Below are positions 43,316-52,648 of a stretch of DNA of 64,000 bases, one piece after another (positions within the stretch are counted from its first letter, which is position 1; each line of letters starts with the position of its first letter). Source of the stretch: Acidimicrobiia bacterium. GTDB taxonomy: Bacteria > Actinomycetota > Acidimicrobiia > Spongiisociales > ZC4RG35. The stretch covers positions 30,135-94,134 of the forward strand of contig DASPGH010000125.1 of NCBI GenBank assembly GCA_035620735.1, read 5' to 3'. Under the pieces are notes generated by a model that was not told the DNA's origin, did no database searches, and saw only the letters and a program-made list of their open reading frames with translations. Both the position numbers and the translations under genes were made by a program.

Positions 43316-46300
43316 TCCCGGGATTCGAGCCCTCGTCGAGCAGGCGCGATGTCACCCGCCGCACCCTGCCACTTGGCCATGAAGCCCTCACGGAGGGTCT
43401 GATCGGCGATCCCGGAGGCGATGGCGGAAACGACCGAGCTCGCAGACTCTTGGTGTGCCGCGGCTTCGGCGTCATTGCCCTCCGCGGTGGCGAGCTTGGC
43501 CCGTGTTCGGAGGATCTCGATGAGACGGAGACGTTGACCACGTGACATCGCCTCCTCCTGCGCCTTGGTGAGGGCCCGATCTGCCGCCTCGTTCTCGCCG
43601 GACAACCAGGAGAGGAGCCCCTCGGCATAGCCGACCTGGGCGAAGTAGAGCCCAAGACCCTTGGCTTCGATGAAGTTGACCGCACCCGTGATGTCAGTGG
43701 CCGCCGCAGCCAGGTCGTCGGAGTCGATCCCGGCGAGCGCGCGACCGACGAGAAGCCTGGGCTTCTCCATGAACTGTGAGGTCGAGGAGGCGGCGAGCCC
43801 CTTGCTGAACTGTTCGGATGCAGCCTTCTGATGACCGATCAGAAGGCTGGCGAAACCGAGATCGGCCCGCACCGAGCTCGCCAGGAACTCGCCGATCGGC
43901 CCAGAGAGACGGTCTTCTGCCTCGGCAATCAGATCGGGAACCTGATCCACGAGCCCGGCCGTCGCGTAGACACGAGCCATCCCGGAGTATCCGACCGCGG
44001 CGGTGAACGGCTGGCCCAAAGCCGTGGCGACCCGGGTCACGTCGAGGCATTGGCTGAGTGCCTCCTCTATCTCACCCAGCTCGTAATGACATGAGGCCAG
44101 CTGGTTGTGGCCAATCGCAACGAAGAACGACCCGTAGCGGTCCAGAGTCGCCACCGCCCCCGTCGACTCCTCCAAGGCCTCTCGAATGTCCCCGTGCGCC
44201 AGCTTGGCCGCAGCCGAGCCGGTCAACCGGACCGTGGCCAGAGCTTCCTCATGACCAGCTTCCTCAGCCTCCTCCAGCGCCGACTCGACGGCGGGCAGGG
44301 CACGTTCCCAGTCGAGCAAGGCGACATAGTTGGTGGCCCGACGAACCATTCCCATGAGACGCACGGCATCCACCCCCTGCGCTTCCCCCAGCCTGACCGT
44401 CTCCTCGTCGTGGGCGGCCGCCTCGCCGAGTTGACCGCCCATCGAGGCCACGAAGCACGCGTTCATGTGGTACTCAGCCAGCCCCAGTTCGTCGTTGTTC
44501 TCCTCGGCGATGCGACGGGCATCTGCGAGATACTCACCCGCCTTCTTCAAGTCGGCTCCGATCGAAGCTGTTGCATATGCGAGTCGGTTGAGCGCGGCCA
44601 CTTGAGCCTCGGGCCGCTGATTGTCTTCGCCATACTCGAAGAGCCGTTGGTAGGAGGCCGCCGCCTTGGAGAGGTCGGGGATCAGGGCAAAAGCGTCGCC
44701 AAGCGTGTCGTGGGCGAGGACTATCAGCTCGGGATCGGCGTCGTCAGGCGTGTTCTCTATGGCCGCCTGGAGGAGATCGATGGCGTCGGCAAGGGCCATG
44801 GTTCTCGTCGCAGCCACGCCGGCAGTAACCAGATATGGATAAGCGTCGCTGATGGCGTCGGCGGCGATCAGATGGCGGGCGATGGCTGCGGAGTCTCCGT
44901 TGCCCTCGATCAGATGATCGGCGACCCGACGATGCAACTGACGACGGGTGCGACGCAGAATCGTCTCGTAGGCGGCCTCCTGGATGAGTGCATGACGGAA
45001 GCCGAGCAAGTCTGGGCGTTCCGGGACCTCGACGAGGATCCCGGCACGAAGGAGATGGGAGAGCGATTCGTCCAGATTCGGGTCGGCAACCAGAGCCGAC
45101 AGGGTCACCCGGTCGAACTCCGATCCGAGGACCGAGGCCATCTGCACGACATAACGCTGCTGCTCTCCGAGACGGTCGAGCCGGGCCGTCAAAAGCCCGC
45201 GCAAGCTCGAGGGGACCTGGCTCTCGTCGAAATCCCCTGAGCCGATCTCGCCCAGGGCACGGACCATCTGCTCGATATAGAGCGGATTCCCCTGCGATCG
45301 GTCGAGGATGCCCTCCTTGGCGTGATCGGCGATCGAGGCTCCCTGGAGCAGCGAGTCGAAGAGAGCAGAGCTCTCTGCCATGTCGAAGGGCTCGAGAGCG
45401 AGTGCCGTGTACCGATGCGGATGTGCCCGTTGCGCGACTTCGTGGAGACGCCAGCTCGCTTCGTCCCGATAGGGTCGCATCGCAAACACCAGACCGAGCG
45501 CTGCCGACTCGGTGAGGCTCATCATCTCCTCCACGACGGCGAGGGAGAGGTCGTCAGACCAGTGGAGGTCTTCGAGGACGACGATGGTCGCACGCCGGTT
45601 GACCACCGCCCGCAGATAGGAGATGGCTGCCTGGTTCGCCTTCGTGTGGAGTATTTGTGTGGCCAGGCTCTCGATGAAGCCGGCCTCCGTCTCTGGGAGC
45701 GGGACACCGGCGATGAAGCCGAGGTATGCCGCCGTGTCGGAGTCGTCGATCCCCTCGGCGGCCACTGCTTCCCCTACCCGTTGGAAGCCCGGCTCAGCGT
45801 TGTCGGGAAACCACCACCTCTGGAGGAGATCGGCCACCGTTGAGTAAGGGCGGCCGGAGTCATAGGACCGGCTCGCCGCCTGAATCCAGTTCAACTCACC
45901 CGGTTGGTCGTGATGGAAGGCTCGATCGGCCGCACCGTCTGCTCGTCGGCCGAATTCCTCTATGAGACGGGTCTTTCCGACGCCGGCGTCGGCGATCACG
46001 GAGACGATCTGACCCGACCCACCCACGACTAAAGCCATAGCCTCGTCGAGTTTCGCGAGCTCGTCGCCTCGGCCGACCATTGGACCGATGTCAGACGACG
46101 AGCCCCGTCCCAGATAGCGGATGACACGGAACGCCGGAACAGGCTCGGTCTTGCCTTTGACGTCGATGGGACCGAGCTCCTCGGCTTCGAACACTCCATT
46201 GGTCAACGAGAGAGTGTGTCCGGTGACCCGGAGGGTGTCGGGCTCTGCGGTCTGTTCCATTCGTGCCGCCACGTTGATGGCATCCCCTAGGGCCGTGTAT

Positions 46301-46959
46301 TCGACCCGGAGGTCGGATCCCATCGCACCAACCACGACCAAACCGGTGTGGATGCCGACCCTGACATGAGCAGGCAGACCCCAGCGTCTTTCGACGGTCT
46401 CGCTGTAACCGGCGGTGGCCTCGACGATCTCGAGCCCTGCTCGAATAGCACGCACCGGGTCGTCCTCGTGAGCGATTGGCGCCCCGAAGAAGGCGAGGAC
46501 GGCGTCTCCGCGCAGTTGGGCCAGTGTCCCCTCGTAGCGATAGATCGGTGCGATCAGCCTCTCGAAGAGGCCATTCATGATGTCCGCCCAGTCTTCAGGG
46601 TCGAGGCGCTCGGCCGATGACGTGGAGCCCTGTACGTCGGCGAAGAGCATGGTGACAGTGCGGCGCTCTCCTTCCATGGCGTGCCCGTCCCGGGCGGAGC
46701 GCATCTTGGCCAGGAGCTCCTCGGGTAGGTAACGACTGAGGTCGTCGGTCGGGCGGACCGACTGCTCAGGCACCGCCGCAGCGGCCCCGGCGCTCAGCGG
46801 GTTGCCGCAATTTCGACAGAAGCGATCGTCGGGGTCAGCGAGAACTCCACACACCGGGCACGGGTAAGGCAGCGCCGTCCCGCACTGGGAACAGAACCTG
46901 GCTCCTTCCGAGTTCTCGTGACCACAGTTGTGACACTCCACGTCGTCATTCCTTCCCAT
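43312..46959 (-). CDS. Double zinc-ribbon - class III cyclase - AAA/STAND ATPase - TPR multidomain protein
   Basis: ORF 43312..47040; start is ATG 46959 (MGRNDDVECHNCGH..) or ATG 47040. Zinc ribbons CHNCGH..CSQCG and CPVCG..CRNCG. Cyclase motifs MLFADVQGST, LRGDAVLAFF and GDAINVAARM. P-loop ADAGVGKTRL and Walker B VVLEDLHWSD. About 600 aa of TPR-like repeats. Confidence 0.85.
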   Translation of the reverse strand: MGRNDDVECHNCGHENSEGARFCSQCGTALPYPCPVCGVLADPDDRFCRNCGNPLSAGAAAAVPEQSVRPTDDLSRYLPEELLAKMRSARDGHAMEGERRTVTMLFADVQGSTSSAERLDPEDWADIMNGLFERLIAPIYRYEGTLAQLRGDAVLAFFGAPIAHEDDPVRAIRAGLEIVEATAGYSETVERRWGLPAHVRVGIHTGLVVVGAMGSDLRVEYTALGDAINVAARMEQTAEPDTLRVTGHTLSLTNGVFEAEELGPIDVKGKTEPVPAFRVIRYLGRGSSSDIGPMVGRGDELAKLDEAMALVVGGSGQIVSVIADAGVGKTRLIEEFGRRADGAADRAFHHDQPGELNWIQAASRSYDSGRPYSTVADLLQRWWFPDNAEPGFQRVGEAVAAEGIDDSDTAAYLGFIAGVPLPETEAGFIESLATQILHTKANQAAISYLRAVVNRRATIVVLEDLHWSDDLSLAVVEEMMSLTESAALGLVFAMRPYRDEASWRLHEVAQRAHPHRYTALALEPFDMAESSALFDSLLQGASIADHAKEGILDRSQGNPLYIEQMVRALGEIGSGDFDESQVPSSLRGLLTARLDRLGEQQRYVVQMASVLGSEFDRVTLSALVADPNLDESLSHLLRAGILVEVPERPDLLGFRHALIQEAAYETILRRTRRQLHRRVADHLIEGNGDSAAIARHLIAADAISDAYPYLVTAGVAATRTMALADAIDLLQAAIENTPDDADPELIVLAHDTLGDAFALIPDLSKAAASYQRLFEYGEDNQRPEAQVAALNRLAYATASIGADLKKAGEYLADARRIAEENNDELGLAEYHMNACFVASMGGQLGEAAAHDEETVRLGEAQGVDAVRLMGMVRRATNYVALLDWERALPAVESALEEAEEAGHEEALATVRLTGSAAAKLAHGDIREALEESTGAVATLDRYGSFFVAIGHNQLASCHYELGEIEEALSQCLDVTRVATALGQPFTAAVGYSGMARVYATAGLVDQVPDLIAEAEDRLSGPIGEFLASSVRADLGFASLLIGHQKAASEQFSKGLAASSTSQFMEKPRLLVGRALAGIDSDDLAAAATDITGAVNFIEAKGLGLYFAQVGYAEGLLSWLSGENEAADRALTKAQEEAMSRGQRLRLIEILRTRAKLATAEGNDAEAAAHQESASSVVSAIASGIADQTLREGFMAKWQGAAGDIAPARRGLESRE

Positions 46960-47079
46960 CCGAAGCTGACCGACAGTCGGGCGATTCCCATACCGTGGAA
47001 TCCTGGACGCCCGAGGATATCGGAAGGTATCTCGCTCCAACGAGCACTACGGGCCCTGGCCGCTGGTAAAACCGACTTG

Positions 47080-50028
47080 ATGCCGGAGATGGGCCACAAG
47101 CGAAGCCGCATGCTCGCCTCTGTAGGCATTCGCCCCGATGAGCTGGGGCTGTCGGCCTGGATGGCAACGCTGTTCCTGGTGACCCAGGCCAGCCACGGAG
47201 TCGGGGCCAATGCGGCAGACACGCTGTTCTTTCTGCGCTACGGAGTGGAGGACCTGCCGCTGATGATCTTCCTTTCAGGCCCGGCCGTGATGGTGGCGAT
47301 CATCGGTCACTCTGCAGGGCTTGCCTGGAAGGGAGCGAGGGTCTGGTTGATGGCGATCATGGGGCTCTCCGCGGCATGGGCAGCAGTCCTCTGGTCCGGG
47401 ATCTTCGTTGGCTCCGATGCCATCTACCCGGTGATATGGGTCTCGACGCAGGTGCTCATCTTCCTGACCCTCACCGTTGTGTGGAACGCCGCCGGAGCGG
47501 CCTGCACCACCCGTCAGGCGAAGCGTCTGTTTCCGGTCTTCGCCACCGCCGCGGTGGCCGGGGGAGTGATGGGAAACCTGTTGGTGGGCCCGCTCACGTC
47601 TCTGTTCGGTGCGGAGAGCCTTCTGTTGGTTCAGGGTCTTCTCCTGCTGGCCGCCACCTTCCTGGTGCGTCGATCGTCCTCCTTCTTCAGGTCCGAAGCC
47701 GGAGAGAAGGAGCCGGTGAGGGTGGAGATGGCACGGGCCTTTTCCTCGATCCGCTCCAGCCGGCTCCTGAAGCTGGCCGCCGGTGTCGTGTTCCTTCTCT
47801 TCGCTCTGTTCTTCCTTGTGCTGTTCCCCTTCAGCGAGATCGTCACTGCGACGTTTCCCGGCGAAAAGGAGATGGCGGGTTTCCTCGGCCTGTTCTCATC
47901 GGTGGCTACTGCGGCCACCTTCTTTTTCTCCTTGCTGGCGACAGGCCGTCTCTTCTCGCGTCTGGGGCTGATCGTGACCCTGCTCACCGTGCCGGCCGTC
48001 TATCTCGTTGGCTTCTCGGTGTGGCTATTGGCTTTCGGGATCGTCACCGCCACTCTCTTTCGCGCTCTGCAGTGGGTCGCGGTGAACTCTGTGCAAACCA
48101 CCGCATACAGCGCTCTCTTCAACGTGCTCAGCACCCGCAGACGCGGTCCTGTCCTGTCCCTCATGACTGCGATTCCCGCTCAGCTCGGGACAATGGCCGC
48201 CGGTTTGATCCTGCTGCTCGGCTCCGGTCTCTCTCAGGACACGCTCTTCGTGGTGGCCGTTCTGATGGCGGCCGCAACTGTGGCTCTGGTGGCGGCGATG
48301 CGCCCCGCCTACGTCTCGGCCGTGGTCGATGCGGTGCGGCGGGGTTTGGTGGGCGTCTGGGACTCGCCTCATACAGGGGTGATATCGCCGGTGGACAGGG
48401 ACGTGGTCCGGGTCCTGGAGAGTCACCTCACGGATCCACGTCCCCGGGCCAGAGCCATCGCCGCCGCGGGTCTCGGCTCTCTGGGGGACGATTCGGCGCT
48501 CACCGGTGTGGAGGCTCTTCTCGACGACGAGGACCCACTGGTCAGATCTGCCGCGTTCGCGGCGATGTGCCAGATCGAGCCGGCGGCCCTCGAGCCCCGT
48601 CTCGTGCTCGCGCTCTCCGATGAATCTGCCGAGGTGCGTCTCAACGCCATTCGATACCTCGCCTCGACCGGGGAGACCGAGCTCCCCACCAGCGTTTTGG
48701 CAACCGTGCTCGACGACCCCGACGCCAGGGTTCGAGCCGCGGCGGCATGGATGGCCCCCCCAGAATCGGGACGGCTGGTCGTTCACGACCTGGTGTCCTC
48801 AGGCGACGGCGAATCGGCTCGAGCCGTATTCGAGGAGATGACTCGTCACCCGGGCGTGACGTTCGACCTGTCCCCGGTGGACTACATCGATGACGACGAT
48901 CCGGGGGTGCGTGCGGCAGCCGTTGCCGCAGTCGCATCGTCCGGCTCGGACCTGGAAAGGGTCGTGCCCAGCCTCGACGACAGATCGTTGAGGGTTCGCC
49001 GGGCGGCAGCACGGGCCCTTGCGAGATCCGAAGAAGGGAGAGGTTTGTTACTGGAGGTACTCGAAGTCGGGAGTGTCATAGCCACCGAGGCCGCCCTCGA
49101 TGCCCTGACTCCGGTGGAGACCCTGGATCCGCGTTTTACCACGTGGGCTGCCACCGAGGCGCAGAGAGCTGCCTACCTGGCGGGTCACAGTCGCGTCCTC
49201 GACGCCGAGCTGGATTCTCCACAGGGCCGCTATCTCGTTCGTGTCCTGGACAGTCGGGTCGATCGGCTCATCCATTGGGTGTTGATGGCCATGACCACCC
49301 CGACCACGAAGGAGATAATGCCCGTGGTGGCCCGGGGCGTCGACTCCGATGACCCCGAGACCAACGCCCAGGCCATCGAGGCGCTCGAGTCGGTGGGCGA
49401 GCGCTCGGTCCTGACCGTTCTGCTACCTCTACTCGAGCAATCCAGTGACGGAGAAGTGGAGAATGCGCATCGCAGCTCCCTCCAAGAGCTGAGCAGGGAT
49501 TTCGATCCGTGGTTGAGCGGTCTCGCACTGAGGTGCCTGGAACAGATCGCCGAAAGGAGTGACGTGGCAAGGTTGGACGGGATCGCCGGCGACCAACTCG
49601 ACACACTCGATGAGATGGGACGAATTCTCGTCCTACAACGGGTGCCGATGTTCTCAGGGCTCGACCCCGAAGACCTGATCCTCGTGGCGAGATTCACCAA
49701 AGAGGTTCGCTTCGACCCAAAGGAAGTGATCTATCGAGAAGGGGATCCGGGCACGGAACTCCTCGTGGTCGTGGATGGTCTCGCAGTGGTGACCAGGACC
49801 AGGGACGGTATGAGACACCTGATCGAGACCTACGGCTCAGGCGAGCATGTGGGTGAGCTGTCGTTGCTAACCGGGGGTCGCCGTTCAGCAGATGTCGAGG
49901 CCGGCGACGAGGGTTTGCATGGCTTGGTGGTGGGGAAGTCGGAATTGATCGCGATCCTGGAGGAACGTCCCGCGGTTGCTGTCGGGATGCTGGGGACCCT
50001 GGCCGCTCGTCTGGTCGAACAGACCTGA
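47080..50028 (+). CDS. Polytopic (about 12 TM, MFS / ADP-ATP-carrier-like) membrane domain - HEAT repeats - cyclic-nucleotide-binding domain protein
   Basis: ORF 46918..50028; first plausible start is ATG 47080. The N-terminal ~430 aa are hydrophobic. At least 5 HEAT-like repeats (DDEDPLVRSAAFAAM, SDESAEVRLNAIRYL, DDPDARVRAAAAWM, DDDPGVRAAAVAAV, DDRSLRVRRAAARAL). The C-terminal CNB domain has an intact phosphate-binding cassette GELSLLTGGRRSADV. Confidence 0.8.
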   Translation: MPEMGHKRSRMLASVGIRPDELGLSAWMATLFLVTQASHGVGANAADTLFFLRYGVEDLPLMIFLSGPAVMVAIIGHSAGLAWKGARVWLMAIMGLSAAWAAVLWSGIFVGSDAIYPVIWVSTQVLIFLTLTVVWNAAGAACTTRQAKRLFPVFATAAVAGGVMGNLLVGPLTSLFGAESLLLVQGLLLLAATFLVRRSSSFFRSEAGEKEPVRVEMARAFSSIRSSRLLKLAAGVVFLLFALFFLVLFPFSEIVTATFPGEKEMAGFLGLFSSVATAATFFFSLLATGRLFSRLGLIVTLLTVPAVYLVGFSVWLLAFGIVTATLFRALQWVAVNSVQTTAYSALFNVLSTRRRGPVLSLMTAIPAQLGTMAAGLILLLGSGLSQDTLFVVAVLMAAATVALVAAMRPAYVSAVVDAVRRGLVGVWDSPHTGVISPVDRDVVRVLESHLTDPRPRARAIAAAGLGSLGDDSALTGVEALLDDEDPLVRSAAFAAMCQIEPAALEPRLVLALSDESAEVRLNAIRYLASTGETELPTSVLATVLDDPDARVRAAAAWMAPPESGRLVVHDLVSSGDGESARAVFEEMTRHPGVTFDLSPVDYIDDDDPGVRAAAVAAVASSGSDLERVVPSLDDRSLRVRRAAARALARSEEGRGLLLEVLEVGSVIATEAALDALTPVETLDPRFTTWAATEAQRAAYLAGHSRVLDAELDSPQGRYLVRVLDSRVDRLIHWVLMAMTTPTTKEIMPVVARGVDSDDPETNAQAIEALESVGERSVLTVLLPLLEQSSDGEVENAHRSSLQELSRDFDPWLSGLALRCLEQIAERSDVARLDGIAGDQLDTLDEMGRILVLQRVPMFSGLDPEDLILVARFTKEVRFDPKEVIYREGDPGTELLVVVDGLAVVTRTRDGMRHLIETYGSGEHVGELSLLTGGRRSADVEAGDEGLHGLVVGKSELIAILEERPAVAVGMLGTLAARLVEQT

Positions 50029-50068
50029 AAGACCGGTCCACTACGCTCCGCGACCGAGGAGGTGTGGT

Positions 50069-52027
50069 GTGAGCGTCGAAGTCGCCCGCGACGCGGTCAA
50101 GAGCAAAGACTGGTCGTCGGCGGTTCAGGAATTCGAGGGTGTCGAGGGCGAGCTTTCGCCTGATGACTCGGTCCTCTTGGCCGATGCCCTCTGGTGGTCG
50201 GCGCGTCCCGATGAGGCGATGGAAGCGTACCAGCGGGCGTTTCAGGGCTTCGTCAGCGGCGATCGGAAAGGGGAGGCGGCGACGATCGCGGCGACACTCT
50301 CCTATCTGTCGATGCGTCGCATGTCCGAATCTGCTGCCATGGGTTGGCTTTCGCGGGCACAGACCTTGCTCACGGACGAGGCGGAGTGTCCTGGTGACGC
50401 CTGGGTTGCCGTGCTTGAGGCGGCTCACGCTCTGTTCGCCTCGGGCGACCTCGAGTCCGCCAAGGAATCCGCCGACAGGGCCATCGAGATCGCAAGACGA
50501 CAGAGAGTGCTCGGAGCCGAGGCGTTGGCGCTCAGCTTCAAAGGCGTTGCCACCACAAACCAGGGAAAGTGGCGCGAAGGCATCAGAATGATCGACGAGG
50601 CCACCGTGATGGCTACCGCTGGCGACGGGGATCTCCGATCGTCGAGCGACGTCTTCTGCATCATGATGGGCGTCTGTTCGAGTCTCGCCGACTACAAGCG
50701 CGCTTCTGAATGGACCGATCAGGCCGAACGCTGGATGAATGTGAACTCCCTTGGGGGATTCACCGGGGAGTGCCAGGTCCACCGGGCCGAATTCAAGCGA
50801 CTGCGTGGTGATTGGTTCCAGGCCGAGCACGATGCTCGGGTGGCGTGCACGGAGCTGGAGCGGTTTCATCTGCTCGACAGCCTGGGGTTCGCCAATTACG
50901 AGATCGGGGAGGTGCGTCGTCGCATGGGCGACCTCGACGCCGCCGAGGAAGCATTCACCCGCGCCTACTCGTACGGGCATTGGGCCCAGCCCGGATTCTC
51001 ACTTCTCATGATGGATCGCGGCGACCCTGATCGCGCTGCCGCCTCCATCGCATCAGCACTACAGACCACCGGGGTCGACGCCACCCGAGGCGATCTCTTG
51101 ACCAAAGGGCATCTTCTCCCCGCTCAGATCGAAATCGCCATGGCACGTGGCGATCTCGAAACGGCGCGGAACGCGGTCAAACAGTTGGGGGAAGTCGCCG
51201 AGACCTATGACTCCCCGGCCTGGGAGGCGATGCTGCTCACCTGTCGGGGAGCCCTTGCCCTCGCAGAGGGCCAAGCCGGCGACGCGGTCACCACCCTCGA
51301 CCGGGCCTGGCGACGGTGGCAGACGATGGACCTCCCCTACGAAACGGCGCGTGCTCGCGAGTTGCTCGGTCGGGCACGCACGGCCGTTGGTGACGACTCC
51401 GCGGCAGATCTCGAGCTGAGGGCGGCCTGGGCGACCTACGAGAAGCTGGGAGCCCGTCTCGACATGGAGAGAATTCAGAAGTCGATGGGAGGGGCCACCA
51501 TGGGCGCCTCGAGCCGGGGCGAGCGGGAGACGAAGGCATTCATGTTCACCGACATCGTCACTTCCACCGACCTCGTGGGTCTCATCGGCGACGAGGCCTG
51601 GCAGCGTCTGCTCGACTGGCACGACCGCGAGTTACGCGCCTCGATCGCATCTCACGAAGGGGACGAGGTCCGGCACACCGGTGACGGGTTCTTCGTGGTT
51701 TTCGATTCGGCACGTCAGGCTCTGGACACAGCCGTCGACATCCAGCGCCGTCTTTCCGACCATCGTCTCCAGCATGGTTTCTCGCCGACCATCCGCATCG
51801 GCATCCATTTCACGGAGGCCACACGTCAACGTGGCGATTACGTGGGTCAGGGAGTCCATGTCGCCGCCCGAATCGGCGACATTGGTGCCGGAGACGAGAT
51901 CGTCGTCTCCGATGCGCTGTCTCGTGCCGCCGGTGCGGTGCCCTATCAGCTCAGCCAGGTGCGTGAGGTCGACTTGAAAGGCGTCAACGACCCGGTCACG
52001 GTGATGAACGTCGACTGGCGCCGGTAG
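50069..52027 (+). CDS. TPR-like N-terminal domain - class III cyclase protein
   Basis: ORF 49976..52027. Preferred start is GTG 50069 (GAGGAGG 5 nt upstream). C-terminal cyclase motifs FMFTDIVTST, VRHTGDGFFVVF and GQGVHVAARI. Confidence 0.8.
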   Translation: MSVEVARDAVKSKDWSSAVQEFEGVEGELSPDDSVLLADALWWSARPDEAMEAYQRAFQGFVSGDRKGEAATIAATLSYLSMRRMSESAAMGWLSRAQTLLTDEAECPGDAWVAVLEAAHALFASGDLESAKESADRAIEIARRQRVLGAEALALSFKGVATTNQGKWREGIRMIDEATVMATAGDGDLRSSSDVFCIMMGVCSSLADYKRASEWTDQAERWMNVNSLGGFTGECQVHRAEFKRLRGDWFQAEHDARVACTELERFHLLDSLGFANYEIGEVRRRMGDLDAAEEAFTRAYSYGHWAQPGFSLLMMDRGDPDRAAASIASALQTTGVDATRGDLLTKGHLLPAQIEIAMARGDLETARNAVKQLGEVAETYDSPAWEAMLLTCRGALALAEGQAGDAVTTLDRAWRRWQTMDLPYETARARELLGRARTAVGDDSAADLELRAAWATYEKLGARLDMERIQKSMGGATMGASSRGERETKAFMFTDIVTSTDLVGLIGDEAWQRLLDWHDRELRASIASHEGDEVRHTGDGFFVVFDSARQALDTAVDIQRRLSDHRLQHGFSPTIRIGIHFTEATRQRGDYVGQGVHVAARIGDIGAGDEIVVSDALSRAAGAVPYQLSQVREVDLKGVNDPVTVMNVDWRR

Positions 52028-52094
52028 ATCCGCTCGAGTTTCTCCTCCCCGGGCATCGGGTAATCACCGGGTCTCCGCGGAAGGAGGAGACCCA

Positions 52095-52517
52095 ATGCCA
52101 GAACGCATATCCGATCTGATGACCACCGACCCGGTCGCGATGACGAACCAAGCGTCTCTACGGGACGCCGCCCAGGCCATGCGCGACCGCGACATCGGCG
52201 ACGTCGTCGTGACCAAGCCAGATGGGACGGTCTGTGGCATCGTGACCGACCGCGACATCGTGGTCCGGGCCATCGCCGAAGGGCACGATCCATCAGCCAC
52301 GACGCTCGAGGATGTCTGCAGCCACCGACTGGTTTCGGTGGCTCCGGACGATCCCGTCGCCGTCGCCGTCAAGAAAATGGAGGAACAGGCCATTCGTCGA
52401 CTGCCGGTGATGGACAACGGCACCCTTGTCGGCATCGTCTCCATCGGCGACCTCGCGGTCGAGCGAGACCGCCGGTCGGCCCTGGGCGAGATAAGCGCGG
52501 CGGCTCCGAACAACTGA
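52095..52517 (+). CDS. CBS-pair domain protein
   Basis: 140 aa with two CBS motifs (..DLMTTDPVAM..DIGDVVV.. and ..LVSVAPDDPV..IRRLPVMDNGTLVGIVSIGDL..). Confidence 0.85.
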   Translation: MPERISDLMTTDPVAMTNQASLRDAAQAMRDRDIGDVVVTKPDGTVCGIVTDRDIVVRAIAEGHDPSATTLEDVCSHRLVSVAPDDPVAVAVKKMEEQAIRRLPVMDNGTLVGIVSIGDLAVERDRRSALGEISAAAPNN

Positions 52518-52541
52518 TCCGGTCGCCCTCGCGACGGCCAT

Positions 52542-52577
52542 GGTGCACCTATGCACCCTGACGGTGCATAGGTGCAC
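52542..52577 (+). terminator. 15-bp-stem hairpin after the CBS gene
   Basis: GGTGCACCTATGCACC-CTGAC-GGTGCATAGGTGCAC lies 25 nt past the TGA. No U-tract. Confidence 0.6.
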
Positions 52578-52648
52578 GACAGATGTTGTGAGGGGGCGCC
52601 GACACAGAGCTGTGCCGGCGGCTAGGTTGCGGGTTGGTTGGGAGGCCC

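Noticed and set aside
41849-52517. Calling the cyclase / cNMP-binding membrane protein pair a Pycsar-type or Avs-type antiphage system
   Set aside because: Known Pycsar genes are small two-gene cassettes, whereas these proteins are 650-1200 aa. Cyclase-ATPase-TPR proteins are common housekeeping regulators in actinobacteria, and no mobile or defence-island neighbours are present. I kept this only as a hypothesis inside the first finding.
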